Shown: positions 1-15,610, counted from the stretch's first letter. The stretch: 64,000 nucleotides of DNA from the human T2T-CHM13v2.0 reference genome, Homo sapiens (GCF_009914755.1 NC_060927.1), one strand, 5' to 3'. Translations and numbers: made by a program. The notes: generated from the letters alone by a model not told the origin.

Positions 1-1214
1 ATTTTTAGGCTCTTTCTGAGGGTTATGGAACTTTTTTGATGTTCACCTTGTCTAACAGCCTCCAGGAGTGACAAAAGGCAATATATGTTCTTTTGACAAA
101 GAAGATTGTAAGTGAGATCATGTTACTGATGGGACTTGGTCCTAACTCAGAGGATGTTATTCTCATCTCCAATAATCAAAGAGATAAAAATACCCAGGGA
201 AGGGCATTTTGTCATTTAAGTCAAACTTAAGAATCTTCCTGTTTTCTTACTCTAAATAATTCTTGAACAATAGTTATGTTCGTATTTTTGGCTGGCCTAT
301 AAAGCAAAACATTGTAGGTAATGAATGTGGATAGACCAAATGATCTGTCCACAAACTGCATTCTTTAGTACTAATGAACACTATAATCAACAAAAATAGA
401 TACATATATAGATACATATATGAAAATAAATAAATGTCATATCTCAATTAGCTATTCTAAGTGGATGTTTTGAGGTTAGGGAATATAGAAGTATCCCAGG
501 CTAACTAACATTCTCACATTGTATGTGGGAAATTTCAAGTTCATCATTAGCTAGTCCTAACCTGAAACATAATGATCATGATAATGAAAATGCCAATTAA
601 CATCTGTTAAGGATGTGGACCAAACAATGTGTCTTTCAGGCATTCTTTTCATCTTCCTTCTAGCTTTGAGAAGACTGAACAATATCTTCAGCAGAAGTAG
701 AGAATTGTACATTTAATTGTTATTTATTTTATTCTAAACTATAAATGTCACTGAGAGAATACTGAAAATGAAACTAGATTAAAGCTTAAGAAAATATTTA
801 ATGAGTGATCTCATAGAGCCACTCTTTTAGTCTGTTCTATGATTTGCTGCACAGATGCTGTTGAGTGTCCAGGGTTCTGTGGCACATTTGAGCTTGTGCC
901 AAATACCAAGGAAATATGAGCAAGTAGCTTCGAAGCTAATTTTGGTAAATGAGGGCACGTTTTAGAAATGAATAATCACTTCATCAAAATAACTTTATTT
1001 TACACACTTTCCCCTCATTCTACTCTTCTCCATGGACTAATGTATTGTTTGCTTTTTAAATTTGGATGGTAATTCACTAGTTAGATTGCTTATTTAATTT
1101 AGTGCTGCCAAAGGCATTGGTCCTACTTGACTCAAAATAACAAGTAACAATCAACAGAAGTTTAAACTAGAGTGACTACTACATATTATTAATTCATTGT
1201 GCCACCACTCTCCC

Positions 1215-1420
1215 AACTACTTTATAAGTATTATTCCTTTTATTACTCACAGCAACCCCAAGAGGTGGATACTATCACTATTGCTGTTTTGTAGCTAGGG
1301 AAACAGAGTCTCAAAGAACTTAAGTAACTAGCTCAAGGTCCCAAAGTCAGTAAAATGTGGAGATCCAGTACTTGAAATCAATTCTGCTTAACATCTGAGT
1401 CTAAAACCTAAGCTCTACAT
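1215..1420 (-). mobile_element. MIR SINE remnant
   Basis: ggaaacagagtctcaaagaacttaagtaactagctcaaggtc matches the reverse-complement MIR core (gaaactgaggctcagagaggttaagtaacttgcccaaggtc). Confidence 0.8.
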
Positions 1421-1642
1421 GGTATCACATCTTTGAAAGCAATACATGCAGTTCTTGATGTCTCTGGATGGTCTTTGCTATGGCATCTTGTTCTTTTTTT
1501 CATGGTGTCACTATCTTCTCTCATGTCTCTGATGATATCAGCAATAACTTCTTTAGAGTTGTCATTTCCTTGCACAGTCTCTGTTTTTTTTTTAGTTTAC
1601 TCTTTTCTGATTGTTTTTGTCTCTAGCTTCCATGTTATAGGG

Positions 1643-1790
1643 AAGGTTTTTAGCACTAGGCATGATCAGAATCACCTAGGGAGCTTTAAAAAAATACTGA
1701 TGTGTAGGCCACAACAGGCAAGTAAACCCAGACCTCTGCTATTGGGACACATTTCTTCATGGCTTACCAGTTGATTCTAATGTTCAGATT
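1643..1790. mobile_element. MER5-type hAT-Charlie DNA transposon
   Basis: atcagaatcacctagggagctttaaaaaaatactgatg ... ccagttgattctaatgttcag. Confidence 0.75.
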
Positions 1791-1889
1791 GGGTCAATCC
1801 TTGGATGTCTATATGTCTGTATTTAAGAGTGGAAGACCAAAAAGCTAATTGGGAAACAGGCCCACGTGGCTTAATTGGTGAAATCTATT

Positions 1890-2655
1890 TAGCATTTAAA
1901 AAAGAAATAATACCAATTTTACACAAAATCTTTCAGAAAGTGGAGGATGACAGCCCTATTCAACTCATTTCATGAAATCAATAACACCCTGATACCAAGG
2001 CCAGACAGAAGCATTAAAAATATACACTTAAAAAAAGATATAAATGTATATATACATGCATACACATCAATGCTCATGAACATAGACCCAAAGATTCTTA
2101 ATTAAATGTTAGCAAATAAGTTCTAGGAATGCAAAGCTGATTTAACATTCAAGAATCAATCAACTAATTCACCATATTAACAAAGGAGAAACAATTATCA
2201 TTTCAATAGACGTAAAAAGAGTTTGAAAAAATTCAATATCCATTTATGATAAAACATTTCATCAAATTAGAAACAAAAGGAATTTCCTTAATCTGGAAAA
2301 GTCCATATATGAAAAATACACAGCTAACATCATATTTAATGTTGAAAGATAGAGTACTTATTCTCTAAGGTCAGGAACAAAACAAGGATGCAGACTCTCA
2401 CTACTTATGTTTAATGTAGTTTTGAAGAACCTAGCCTTTGCAATTAGGCAAGAAAGAAAATAAAGTCTAGTCGCAGATGACATGATTGATTATGTAGAGT
2501 ATTCTAACATCTAGTCACAGATGACATGATTGATTATGTATAGTATTCTAACAAATCTACAAACAACACTATTCACAATTGTTGAGCTAACTTAGGAAGG
2601 TCACAGACTATAAAGTAAATATACAAAAATCAATTGCTTGCTTATACACTAAAAG
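1890..2655 (+). mobile_element. Old L1M ORF2 (reverse transcriptase region) fragment
   Basis: Degenerate L1 ORF2 sequence (accctgataccaaggccagac, aggtcaggaacaaaacaaggatg, gcagatgacatgatt = ADDM motif). Confidence 0.85.
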
Positions 2656-3764
2656 CTAACCATAAACTCTTGGTATGAGAGTGGGGCCAGTTGACATTTA
2701 GTTTCAGTTTAGGATAGTCAGCTAGGTTGTGTGTTGGGACAAACCAATGTTAGTATTTTATATATTTACTCATGGGCTCGTTAGATTCCTCTGAGAAGGG
2801 TTTTCCAGTTGTCTCCCTGCAGGGTAAAGGTCTGGCTGCCCAGTGTCCTGAAGATGGGGAATTTCAGCATCCAGTAAGCATATGTTCAGTTCATGCCCAT
2901 TTTTGGTTCAAAAATTATATTCTCAACTATGCTTGTAATTCCCTGTACAAAGTCCTTCCATTTGCCCTCTCCAGAAAATAAACTTACAGTCTTTTGCTAG
3001 GGTGAAGGAAGAGCTTTTGCTGAGCAGCATGGGATAGTAAAGAGGTTTTGAGAAAGTAACTGCTTCTTACAGTGCTTTTACCCAATCATTTTTCTTTTAA
3101 GTCCCTATTCCTTCACCCTCTTCCAAAAGCACCTGTTGCTGCTCATCTCTGAGTCCTTTGAGAGTTCTGTGGCATGCAACACGTTTGGTTTTCAGTGTTT
3201 GCTGTTGCTGACTCAGGATTTAGGCTTGCTGAATTGGTATTTGCTCATCTGCCCACTTTCTAGCTTACAGTATGTTTATTGCTATTCTCTCTTCCTCTGT
3301 GTTCCCATCCTTGTATGTCTTTTTAAAAAGCTTCCTTTCCATCTTTTTCATGAAATACCAAATGGATATTTCATGAGAAATTGAAATATCAAGATCACTG
3401 GCTGATTTAAAGGAATGACATTTTATAGAAAATTAAGTTACATGTTTTCTTATAGTAATGCATTACACTTACATAAGGAAAAATAATTAAGCATCTTATT
3501 TGTAGAGTTGAGAGTAATAGTGTTTTAGATGGAAAAATTCCATTTTGGACTAGACAATTTTGTTACCTCTATTTAAAACAACTCCAGTAAGAAAGCCAAA
3601 ATATTAACTGGTTTGGTCAATATCAGTGAGGTACTTTTCACTTAATTCTGCCTGTTATATACCACTCATGTATACCTTACATTTTCATGGTAGTTTGAAA
3701 GAATTTTGGTATAATTGTAGCCATGGCCCCGAGGAAGTAAAAGCTACATTTTACATGCAGTGCT

Positions 3765-3890
3765 AATTATTTCAACAAATCTTAATTAAGTACTTACCTT
3801 GAGGTAGGCACTGTTCCTGCTGCTGGAATTGGAGAAGTAAACAAAATAGACCCAAATCCCTGTCCCTCTGAGGATTCTATTCTAGTCAGT
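3765..3890 (-). mobile_element. L2 3' end remnant
   Basis: ttcaacaaatcttaattaagtacttacc...aggcactgtt...ctgtccctctgaggattctattctagt. Confidence 0.65.
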
Positions 3891-4575
3891 AGACTTCTGG
3901 TATTAAAGTGAGCATAAAGGGCACCACAAAAGCACGTTCAGTGATTCCCATGGAACAGGGTCCCTCTGTTTATACATATGGGTATTTCTTATTATGTTAT
4001 TGCTGTCTGTGTTCTTGTTCTTGACTTCCGTAGTAGATAGGAGTGGCAAATTGGATAATGATTTAACTATGTTGCTTTGTTGTTGCTATTGTTTGTTCAT
4101 TATAGCATCTCTTTCTAAAGATGATTCAAAACAGATTTTCAAGATATATAATGTGTCAAAACAAGTCAAAGTCAGTCTGAGAACTGATTCAGAGTGAGAA
4201 TATGAGTAGGAAAATAGAATAAAGCTGAGTGACCACAGTGTACAACATGCATGTCCTGAAGCCCTATTCCTTGCCAAGATGACACATTTTTCTGTGTTTT
4301 TCACAGGCATCTTAAAAATGAAAACATAATCAGTTTCCATGAATTAAAAAGATCGCCAGAGATTTAGTGATATAAAAATACAGAAAGTTCTCCTGTGGAT
4401 CTTCATAAGGAGATCTTTGTTGGGAAATGTACCAAAAAATATTGTTACAAAAAACACAACCACCAGTTCCACTTGACTATTTCTTCCACATCCTTCCTGT
4501 AGTCCAACTACATTAGCACAAAGCATAATTTTGTAAGAGTTATTATGCCAGATATCTAAATTAGAAAAATTTGAA

Positions 4576-4857
4576 GCCAGGCACAGTGGCTCACGCTTGT
4601 AATCCCAGCACTTTGGGAGGCTGAGGTAGGCGGATTGCTTGAGCCCAGGAGTTCAAGACCAGCCTGGGCAAAATAGGGAGTCTTCATCTCTACAAAATAA
4701 AAATTAAAAAATTTAGCCAGGCATGGTGGCACATGCCTGTGGTCCTAGCTACTTGCCAGGCTGAGGTGAGAGGATTCAAGGCTGCTGTGAACCATGAATG
4801 CACCACTGCACTCCAGCCTGGATGGCAGAGTGAGACCCTATCTTAAAAAAAAAAAAT
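4576..4857 (+). mobile_element. AluJ with a short deletion in the right arm
   Basis: Dimeric Alu with J-type ggattgcttgagcccaggagttc and a poly-A tail. Confidence 0.92.
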
Positions 4858-5029
4858 AGAAAATCCCAAATATAGTCACTTGAAAAATATGTGAATTTTG
4901 CATTCTCCATGTAGTTATAATAAATATACTAATATTTGCAACTTATCAAATACTTTCATATGCATTTTCTTCTGAGACAACTTTAAGGCAGCTATCATAT
5001 CATCATGATGCTGTATGTTTCAGTAGCTG

Positions 5030-6720
5030 GTTCTTTTTTTTTTTTAAAGCAGCTTTATTAACACCTATTTCAGATACCATAAAATTCACACATATAAAGT
5101 ACACAGTTCAGCAATTTCTAGTATATTCAGTTGTGCAATTATCACCAAAATATAATTTTTAAAGGTTTTTAAACCCCCAAATAAATCTCAAATTATCAAA
5201 TTAGCAGTGGCTCCCCATTCCTGCCTATATGCCCCCTGACCTTCAAATATGCCCTAGCTCCAGGTAACCACTAACCTACTTTCTGTATCTATATGGACTT
5301 GCCTGTTCTGGATATTTCACATAAATTGAATCATAATATGTGGTCCTTTGTGACTGGCTTCTTTCACTTAGCATAATGCTTTGAAGGTTTATCCTTTTTG
5401 TAGCATGCATCAGTATTTCATTCTTTTTTATTGCTGAATAATATTCCATTTTATGAATATATCATGTTTTATTTATGCAGTCATCAGTTGATGGACATTT
5501 GAGTCATTTCTCCCTTTTGGCTATTATAAATTATGTTGCTATGCACATTCTTGCAGAAACTTTTGTGTGGAAATATATTCTAATTTTGTAGGCTGTATAC
5601 CTAGAAGTGCAACTGATGGGTCATTATCTATGTTTAACATTTTTAGTAACTGCCAAACTGTTTTCTACAGTGATTTCACCATTGTACATTCACAGTAGCA
5701 ATTTACGAGGGCTTCAACTTCTCCGAATCCTCACCAATACTAGCTATTGTCCATCTTATTTGGCTATAGCCATGCTAGTGGGTATGAAGTGATAGCTCAT
5801 TGGATTTTGATTTATAGTTCCCTAATGACTAATGATGTTGAGCATTCTTCCATGTGTTTATTATTGCCAATTTGTATAGCTTCTTTGAAGAAATGTTCAT
5901 TTAAATCTTTACCAAGATCACAAAGATTTACTCTGATATTTTCTTCTAGGAGTCTTATAGTTTTAGGTATTACATTTATGTATATGATCTGTTTTGAGTT
6001 AGCTTTGGTGTAAGGCATGAAGTAGAGGTCCAAATCTTCTTTTGCATGTAGATAACAAAATTTACAGACAACAATTACTGGAAAGATAATTTTTTCCCAT
6101 TGAATTATCATGGCACCCTTATTGAAAATCAATTGACCATAAAATATGAAGGTTTATCTCTGACTTCTCAATTCTACTCCATTGATTTTTATATCTTTTT
6201 TTTAATGCCAGTACAACATTGTCTTGATTACTATAGCTTTGTAGTAGGTTTTGAAATCAAGAAATGCACGTTCTTCAACTTTGTTCTTTTTTGAGATAGT
6301 TTTAGCTATTCTGGGTCCCTTACTTCCATATGAATGATAACATCAAACTGTCAATGTTTTCAAAAATGGGCAGCTAGAACTTTAACAGGGTTTGCATTGA
6401 ATCTGCAGATCAATTTTGGGAGTATTTACTTCTTAACAATGTTAAGTCTTCTGATCTGTGAATATGGGCTGTCTTTCCACTTATTTGGGTTGTATTTCAT
6501 TTCCTTTAATAATGTTTAATAGTTTTCACTATATATACCTTGCATTTCTTTTGTTAAATTTATACCTTGGTATTTTTACTCCTTGTGCTGTTATTTCAAA
6601 TGGGATTGTTTTCTTAGTTTTCATTTTAGGATTGTTCATTGCTATTATTTGAAAGTACTATTGATTTTTAAAAGCATTTACCTTGTATCCAGTCACATTA
6701 TTAAATTTGTTTATAATTAG
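5030..6720 (-). mobile_element. L1MA/L1MB 3' portion, internally deleted near 5910
   Basis: Poly-T at 5033-5045 followed by antisense L1 3'UTR; the minus-strand ORF 5812-6132 resembles the ORF2 C-terminus (IFNKGA..IQWEK, PYTK.NSK.I..NV.PKTI.LLEENI). Confidence 0.9.
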
Positions 6721-8186
6721 TTCTTTTTATTTCAGCACAATATTCCATTATCTTTTTTCCTATTAAGGAACATTTAGATTCTTCCCAGTTTTCAGACATG
6801 CTGAATAATGCTGATATGAACAGTTTTGAACATGGGTTTTTGTGGACATAGATACTCATTTATCATGAATATATACCTTTAAGTGAAATCTCTGCATTAT
6901 AAGCATTTGTTTAGCTTTAGTAAACGCTGTGAGTCAGTTTAGATGATTTGCTTTTGTTTCTATACTTTGGCTATATCAATAGTTTGAATTAATTCACAAT
7001 GACTTCTAACTCATTAGTGACTGATTGGTATTTATAAAAATTGAGAAAATGGAAAATACTCCAAAAGACTTTATCATTAACGTGGTGAGTCTTAAGGTGT
7101 GACATTGATAGAAAGGTAAAACAAAGAATCAGAATAAGGAGAGGAGAATGTGTAGCTTAAAAAAGCATATTCAATAGATTTTGTTTTTGTAGCATAAACT
7201 GTAGAAAGTAAAAATTGGAAATTATCAGGGTGAGAAATCCTGATTTAGTGGTCATTTATAGACATGGTTAAAACAGAAATAACATACCAGCTCCTTCCTA
7301 CCTGCCTAGTTTTAGAGGTCTGCCCTTTCCTCTACTATATAGCTATGTCTTACCTGAATTTGCCTTAAAATGCCGCATAAGAAGTAGTTAAAAGACAAAG
7401 TAATTTAACTTAAATGTAAAGAAATGAGTTTATAGAAGTAATTTAAATGCTATTTTCCCCACACTGTACCATCTTGATGATAAAAGGAATCAGAAATATG
7501 TAAAAAATTAATTCTTCCATTAACCAAAGAAGGGCAGTGAGGTTAACTTTTTCTTGTTTGAAGAAAATTCTAACCTGTTTAGGAGAACCTTGAATAGGTG
7601 GCCCAAGATCTTTTTACATGGGAACATAAAGAAAAAAATCATGAAAATGTATTTAAACTTTAATTTAACTAAAAATAGGTAAAACTATACATTTCAACAT
7701 TGGCAGGATTTCGGCTCCTAATGAGAAATGAAAAGGAAGCCAAATTTGAAGAAAAATTGTTAAGCATATTTAAAGTTTGAGTAGTTTGTTTTGTGGGCAC
7801 TTTATAGAACATTTTGATTTAGTATTTTTGGATACAGATGATGGATTATAAAGTTCTTTCTTTTAAAAGTCAACATAGTTAACACTGTAAAAGTTTAAAA
7901 GTTTTTTTTTAGTTTAAGGGCCTTATTTTTATTAACATCATTTGTATTTTTCTATACATCTTTTCTTAACATTTTCTTTGGTTATTTTAGTATACATGTT
8001 TATTACCTTTTCAATATGTTAAATCTATAATTCTGTCACCTTCCTTACTTTCCAACAACCTTTCTAGGCTCTTTATTGCACCTGGTAAGTGAAGACGTCT
8101 GGGTTTGAAACTCTGCTCTTGAACCACTACTTCCATTCATCTCTCCATTGTCACTCTTACAAAACCTGTTCTCTCTCATTAAAAAA

Positions 8187-9250
<1,064 letters not shown>

Positions 9251-9901
9251 CCCTTCCCTCTCTTATTCCCAAATCCTCTAGCATCTACCAGAGCCTTGCT
9301 ACTTTTTTTGTAAATCATTATAATTAATGTTCTTGATAGCATCACAGAAATAATTTCTCCTTTGACTTTCTAGCTTGTGGGCTTTGCTGATTCCCAACTT
9401 TTGGTGAACACCAAAATCTGTTCCTTCAGCTGTCACTTCTGGAGACTGAATTCTCCTGGAGGAAGTCACATAGTAATTTTGATTGGCTGAGTATTCCAGA
9501 AGGAAGCCATATGAACTTTCTGATTGAATTCTTCTGTACATAGAGCCTCAGTGTTCTCATAAAGCCACGATTCATTTGACACTTTGTTCACTTCCCTCTT
9601 ATAGCATGGGCTATTGACATTTTCCAATTTCAACTCCTAATTTCCACTTGGGTCCCCTCTGTACTTTTCTAAAATAAGGCAATTTGTCAACCTGCCTCTT
9701 GTCTTTCTCAAAATCTCTTCACCTCTGCTTCCATTCTTTCCCTTCTATAATTGCCCCTTTTTCCCCTCCAAAATAAGTTCCCACATAGGTGCCTTTGATC
9801 CCATCTACTTTTTTGCAATCCTGCCCCATCATTGACCTTTTTTCCAAGGTCAATTTCTTGAACTCACTTATTTCTTTAAGGAAATCTTTCTTTCTGTAAG
9901 C

Positions 9902-10113
9902 CAGTAGTTCTCAATTGGAGGTGACTTTACCTCTTAGACAATATTTGGCAATGTCTACAGATACTTTTGGTTGTCACAGCTGGTATGGGGAGGTGCTACT
10001 GTCCTCTGTTAGTTGGGGACCAGGGATGCTGTTCAACATCTGCATGGGGAAGGTCCTCCTAACGAAGAATTATCCAGCTCAAATGTCAGTAGTTCCATGG
10101 TAGAAGAACCCTG
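9902..10113. mobile_element. MER20 hAT-Charlie DNA transposon
   Basis: cagtagttctcaa...atatttggcaatgtct...ttttggttgtcaca...aagaattatccagctcaaatgtc...agaaccctg. Confidence 0.88.
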
Positions 10114-10472
10114 CTCTAAACCTGAATCAAGCCCAAATTTTGCTTCTCCAACAAATTTAAATAATATGTTTTTATGACTATGTTTACTTCTTTGAGTTCT
10201 TCATTTATCTCCCACTTTTACACTAGCAAACTTCTAGAGTGGAAGTCACTATTTCTGGCTTAATTTCCTTGCTATACACTCCTATCACTGAAAAACACAT
10301 GATAATGTTAAAAATTGCTACCCACCAGAAATCATTAAGGTCCTTAACAGACTCAACTTTTTCTCCTGGGTGCCTCAAAATGACCTAGGGAGTGAAGAAA
10401 ACAGATGGGAACACATCCTAACTTGTGAATGAATTCTTAGCAACAGGAGCCTATGATACTGAACTTAAATAC

Positions 10473-10788
<316 letters not shown>

Positions 10789-13590
10789 TATATACTTATT
10801 TAAACATTTGTTAAGGTGGATAAAAAATTATTCTTGCTGATTTTTTGTGCTGAGAAATCCTCAACAGTCGCTTCTTGAAACCAGTATTCTTGAAGACACA
10901 TTTAAAATCCAATTGTGGAAAATAATTTTCTAAAATACATGAGTGTTTTTCAGGAATAATAAAATTGATTAAAAAATAGTCAGGCTGCTTGTACAGATAG
11001 GGCTACATTTGAAAGGCTGTGTTGTGGGCGTGGTTCCTCACACTGAGGGCATCGTGCTTCTTGAAAATGTCAACAAATGCTGCACTCTTCACGAAGACAC
11101 CTTGCTCTAAACATTTCCTTCCCAGTTTTCAGTGTTTAATAGGATAATTGAATACATGAAAAAAAAACCTCAAATTTTTAGTAACATGGGAAATAACCCT
11201 AAATTCTTTCTCTCCCCTGTTACTCACATAGTCAGTGGGAGGAGTTGCTCAGAATACTGTGCACTCAGGAATGAATTCTTATTTCCCTCCTTAGAGGAAA
11301 GATGATGAAGCATCAAAGAGCAAAATCCCAGACAGAAGCCTTTGTCCTAATGATAAAGAGTAGCTTGCAAAGTTGGATTTTTCTTTCATAGATTTTATTT
11401 TATTTTTTGATTTCAGCTCTATCTAGAAACTATTCTTATACAAATCAAACTCTGCAGTGAAAATGAAACTTGTGATGAAAAGAGGGGCTCTGACTTTTGA
11501 TGCATTAGTTCTTATAAAAATTAATCATCAACTTACTTGTTTTCACTAAAAAAGGCCCTTGAGAGTATTCCCTTAAGGAAATAAGGAGACTTACTAGAGA
11601 CTCAGATCTTTTCTGTCCATTTCATAACCCAAGTGGCATGGACTCTTACCAAAAAGAGACAGTGAAACTTTTATGAAAAGTAACCTGAATGTAAACAATC
11701 TAACTCTGTTACATTCCATTTTTAAAAAACAGGCAGTCAATATAACAGCATCTTATTTATTTGCCAGTGATATAGGTAGGGAAAACTTTGTGGATGAGGG
11801 GCCCGACTAAGTTGGTGGAAGACTCTTGACAGTAGAGGTTATGAGCTTGGACTTACATCAAGATAGCAGTCAAACCTTAATTCTAAAAGTGACACATGCC
11901 ATTAGTATTGGTAGATTTGTATAATTTTCCCACATATAGAAATGATTTAATTCACAATCTCATCTTCTAGAAAGTTGGCATATAACTCTTTGTACTGTTT
12001 TCAAGGAATTTGTTCAGAAAGTGAGAACATGTATTATGAATGCCTTCAAGTCATTTACCATAACTATTCAAAGAAGGAATGATAAAATTTATAGAGGACA
12101 ATTTCAGTTCTCTCTAAATTATTCATTTTTAAAAATTCAAAATCAAGATAAAGAGGAAAATAGCTAAAGAAATCCAACAGAATTCTTGTTTGACAGTAAT
12201 TGGAAACCAGTGATTGGAAGCAGTTGGTGCAATATGTTCTACAAAGGACTTTTTTAATTTTATTTTTTTGGTTGCTTTCACAGCTCTTCACCCTTTCAAT
12301 GCTGCTTAAAGAAATGCAAGTGCCAAAAATGGTGCTGAAGAACTTTCCTAGCTGGACAGAAAAGTTTTGAAAAGAGAGCTGCATTTTTAATAGACTAACT
12401 TATATCTTATTCAAATTTTAGGAAAGAATCCTCTCATTGTGAGTTTCTTTTTTTTCTGAAAATAAGAAATGACTCTAGAAGAAAATACAATCTGTGAGCA
12501 TGATTCAAGGATTTTCTTGCCACCCATGCCTGGTTCTCTGTAGGGCTAAAGTGATAGACACATGACAAAAGGTACCCTCCCCCACCTCCATAATGAGCAG
12601 CCAAGCTTTTACTCTTATGGCTCTTTGTTTCTGGGGACTAGAGGCAAAGGGTACCACTTTCAGGCTAGCACAACTTTCTTCCCTTCTGAACACCTCCCTA
12701 CTCCACATCCTACTATGTTCTGGCAGATAGAGTTTCAACACGATTGTAAAGATGCTAGGCATCCCTTTGGAATCCTAGAAAAGCAGAATTGTGCAGGAGA
12801 ATGTCACTCATTTTGGTTACTACCCCAGATCTGTGAGGGGAAATGGAAAAAGGATGAAGTCTCCTACTCTATTTTTTCCATTCTTTTAAATAAGGGATTC
12901 TGTCTTATTTAAGGACAAAGCATCATTGGGCCATATGGTTTTTCTTCAACTAGTTCCATGAGCCTTATAGTTAGAAATATATTCCTAATGCTGGCCTTAG
13001 ATAAGTTGTATTAATTTTCAGCATTGTTATAAGATCTCTGGAACTTCAAAGATATTTGAGTTGGAAAGCGAAGAGGCTAACTCAACATGCTTTTAAATGA
13101 AAAAACCTAACTTTACCAGTTTTCACATTAAAGAAATTTATGTCTTTTGGCCACACACACACAAATCCACCAAATATTGAGTGTTGAAATTGGAATTTTC
13201 ATGAACATTTAAATCAGATCCATATTTTCAATCATGACTATTTTTCTCTTTTTCATGGGCATGTCATCAATACTGTGAAAACCCTAAAGGAGAAATAAAT
13301 GGAGAAGCATGCCAGAATCACACGTGATGTTGAAATGGGTTCTAATGCTTTTCAAGATTTTACTGTTCCTTTTTCTCATATTTATCCCAAGAGTATAAAA
13401 GTTCAGTGAAATGCTTTCCTGGGGATAAACTCTTTTGTGTTTTTGATCTATAGCAATTCTTTGTAATTTTGTATAATAAAGTGTGTGGTAATCTTAATCT
13501 AATACAAATTAATATTTTCATAGTTTTCCAGTGTTGATAATAAACAACACAAATATGTTCTACCTCTTATATTCTGAAGTTTGAGACAGG

Positions 13591-13715
13591 GTTTTGTTTT
13601 GTTTTGTTTTGTTTTGTTTTGTTTTGTTTTGAGATGGAGTCTCGCTGTCGCCAGGCTGGAGTGCAGTGGCGTGATCTTGGCTCACTTCAACCTCCGCCTC
13701 CCGGGTTCAAGTGAC
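13591..13715 (-). mobile_element. 5'-truncated Alu right arm with (GTTTT)n tail
   Basis: (gtttt)8 followed by gagatggagtctcgctgtcgccaggctggagtgcagtgg...ttcaagtga. Confidence 0.9.
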
Positions 13716-13819
13716 TGAGAGAGTTTTAAACCAAAAAAGTTACCTTCTTAGTGGCCAATGATTATCTTTATAAATTCTTACAGCCAGGTCTTGCCTTCTT
13801 ATAATCACCAATAAGAACA

Positions 13820-14010
13820 TAGACTTAGGAGCTGGGTACTGTTACTTAACCATGAGTGAATATTTAAGTTTTCTAAGCCTTAGCTTTCTAATATGATTAG
13901 ATATAAAATGTAAATTATAATATCTACCTTATGGGTTTCGTGTGAAATTTATTGACTTATCTAGCATAGTGTTTACCATAAATGAATATTCCTTTAAAGT
14001 TGGATATTGT
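13820..14010 (+). mobile_element. MIR remnant
   Basis: ttttctaagccttagctttct...tataatatctaccttatgggtttcgtgtgaaattt...tagcatagtg. Confidence 0.6.
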
Positions 14011-14456
14011 TAAGTGTTATTGTCCTTAGGAATTACACCAAAGACCAAATGAAGTTTTCTTCTGATTGTATGTCTTCTAGAATATATATATTTTCTAATC
14101 AAATCATACTACATACTAATAAGCTACTTATACACTGAATCCCATAAGTGTACACTGAATCCCATAAGTGAAAAAAGCTAAACCTGACTTATTTTGTTGG
14201 GGATGGTCTTGGAGGAGACTTAGAAAATCATAAAATAATGCCTGCACTTGGAGTCTTAGATAATGATGACCAAATTGCAATGTGTTATTTGTCCTATATT
14301 GAGAATGGATGTACATATAGCTTTTAGAAATATGGCAATCAATAGCTGTGGAAAAATATTTTTCCATCCTAAGACAATTAGGACCATACAGTATAGGTTT
14401 ATATAACATGAAGTTGGGATTGTGTCTTTCCAGGAATTTTAAACATCTAGTGTCCA

Positions 14457-14618
14457 CTGGGGCTCATACCTGTAGTCTCAGTGATTCTTGAGGCTAAGAC
14501 TGAGGCAGGAGGATGGCTTGAGGCCAGGAGTTTTAGGCTGCAGTGAGCTATGATCACACCACTGCACACCAACCTGGGTGACAGATTGAGATTCTTTATC
14601 TCAAAAAAAAAAAAAAAA
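14457..14618 (+). mobile_element. Monomeric Alu (FRAM/FAM or AluJ right arm)
   Basis: Single monomer ggaggatggcttgaggccaggagttttaggctgcagtgagctatgatc plus poly-A; flanked by aaa(c)atctagtgt repeats. Confidence 0.85.
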
Positions 14619-15064
14619 GTTCAAAAAACCCCAAATCTAGTGTTCACCTCAAACATCTAGTTTCTACTTCAAACACAATTCCAACAAAGATATCTGTTCC
14701 CTATATATTAATACAGTATTCATAGAACAACATACTGACATACGATTTCTTTTTTTTCTGAATGAGTCTCCTGGAAAAGAGAAGCAGTGGCCAGCATCCC
14801 AGGTTAGACTCACACCCTGTGCTATGGGAGAAAGACTGAGGAAGGTCACTGGTGGTAATGCTTCCTCTCCTCCACTGCCCTAAGAAATTAAAAAGTCTGG
14901 TTCCAAACATGCGTCCTCTACCGTTATATAACTGCACCTAGCCTCGTTCATTAGAAGTTGGCTTAATGATGCTCAGTGATTATGCCTATGATGGGGCCGT
15001 ATAGGAGTCTTATCTCTAAGTGGTTTATTAAATTATTCCTTCAAAACACATACACTATTGTTCT

Positions 15065-15610
15065 TTTTATAATAGCTATTGTTGCATAGTGAACTGCCTC
15101 AAAAGTTAGTGGCTTAACGTAAAAATCATTTTATTTTTTTCATGATTTTGTTGTCCAGAATTTAGGCAGAATTTGGCAGGAAGATTTTTGACTAGCCACT
15201 CAGAGGTATTCAGCTAGTAACTCATCTGGTCTGGGGCATTCAGGATATGCCTGCTGCCTTACAGAATGACTGCAAGGCCAGGCTCGTCCGGGCCTTCTCT
15301 TTCTCCATACAGCTTCAGAGCCCCTCCACATGGTTTCTACAGCAGTGTAGTAGGCTTTTTACATAGCCGATGGCTTTCTCAGAGTGAATGTTCTTAGAAA
15401 AAAAGTGGAAGCTATAAGGCTCCTTCTGACCTAACCTCTGAAGCCATGCAGGGTCACCTCCACCTCATTCTGTTGGTAAGAAATGAGTCACATGTACAGC
15501 CCAGAGTCAAGGAGAGAGCAGACGAATACATGTGAGTATGAATACTGTGAACATTTTTCTTCAGCTGCCGGCATTGTTCACTGGAGAGCTATCTTCAGGG
15601 ACTAGTCTCT
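15065..15610 (-). mobile_element. MLT1 (MaLR) solo LTR
   Basis: ctattgttgcatagt...aaagttagtggcttaa...tcacctccacctcattctgttggt...cagcccagagtcaagg. Confidence 0.7.

Larger units (their letters stand above)
1425..3340 (-). mobile_element. HAL1/L1ME-like ancient LINE fragment, interrupted by MER5 and L1M insertions
   Basis: Segments 1425-1630, 1790-1880 and 2650-3340 resemble the HAL1-type consensus (atttaagagtg...aaaagctaattgg; tttgccctctccagaaaataaac). Confidence 0.5.

Noticed and set aside
925-938. Perfect 14-bp palindrome tagcttcgaagcta
   Set aside because: Several palindromes of this size are expected by chance in 64 kb
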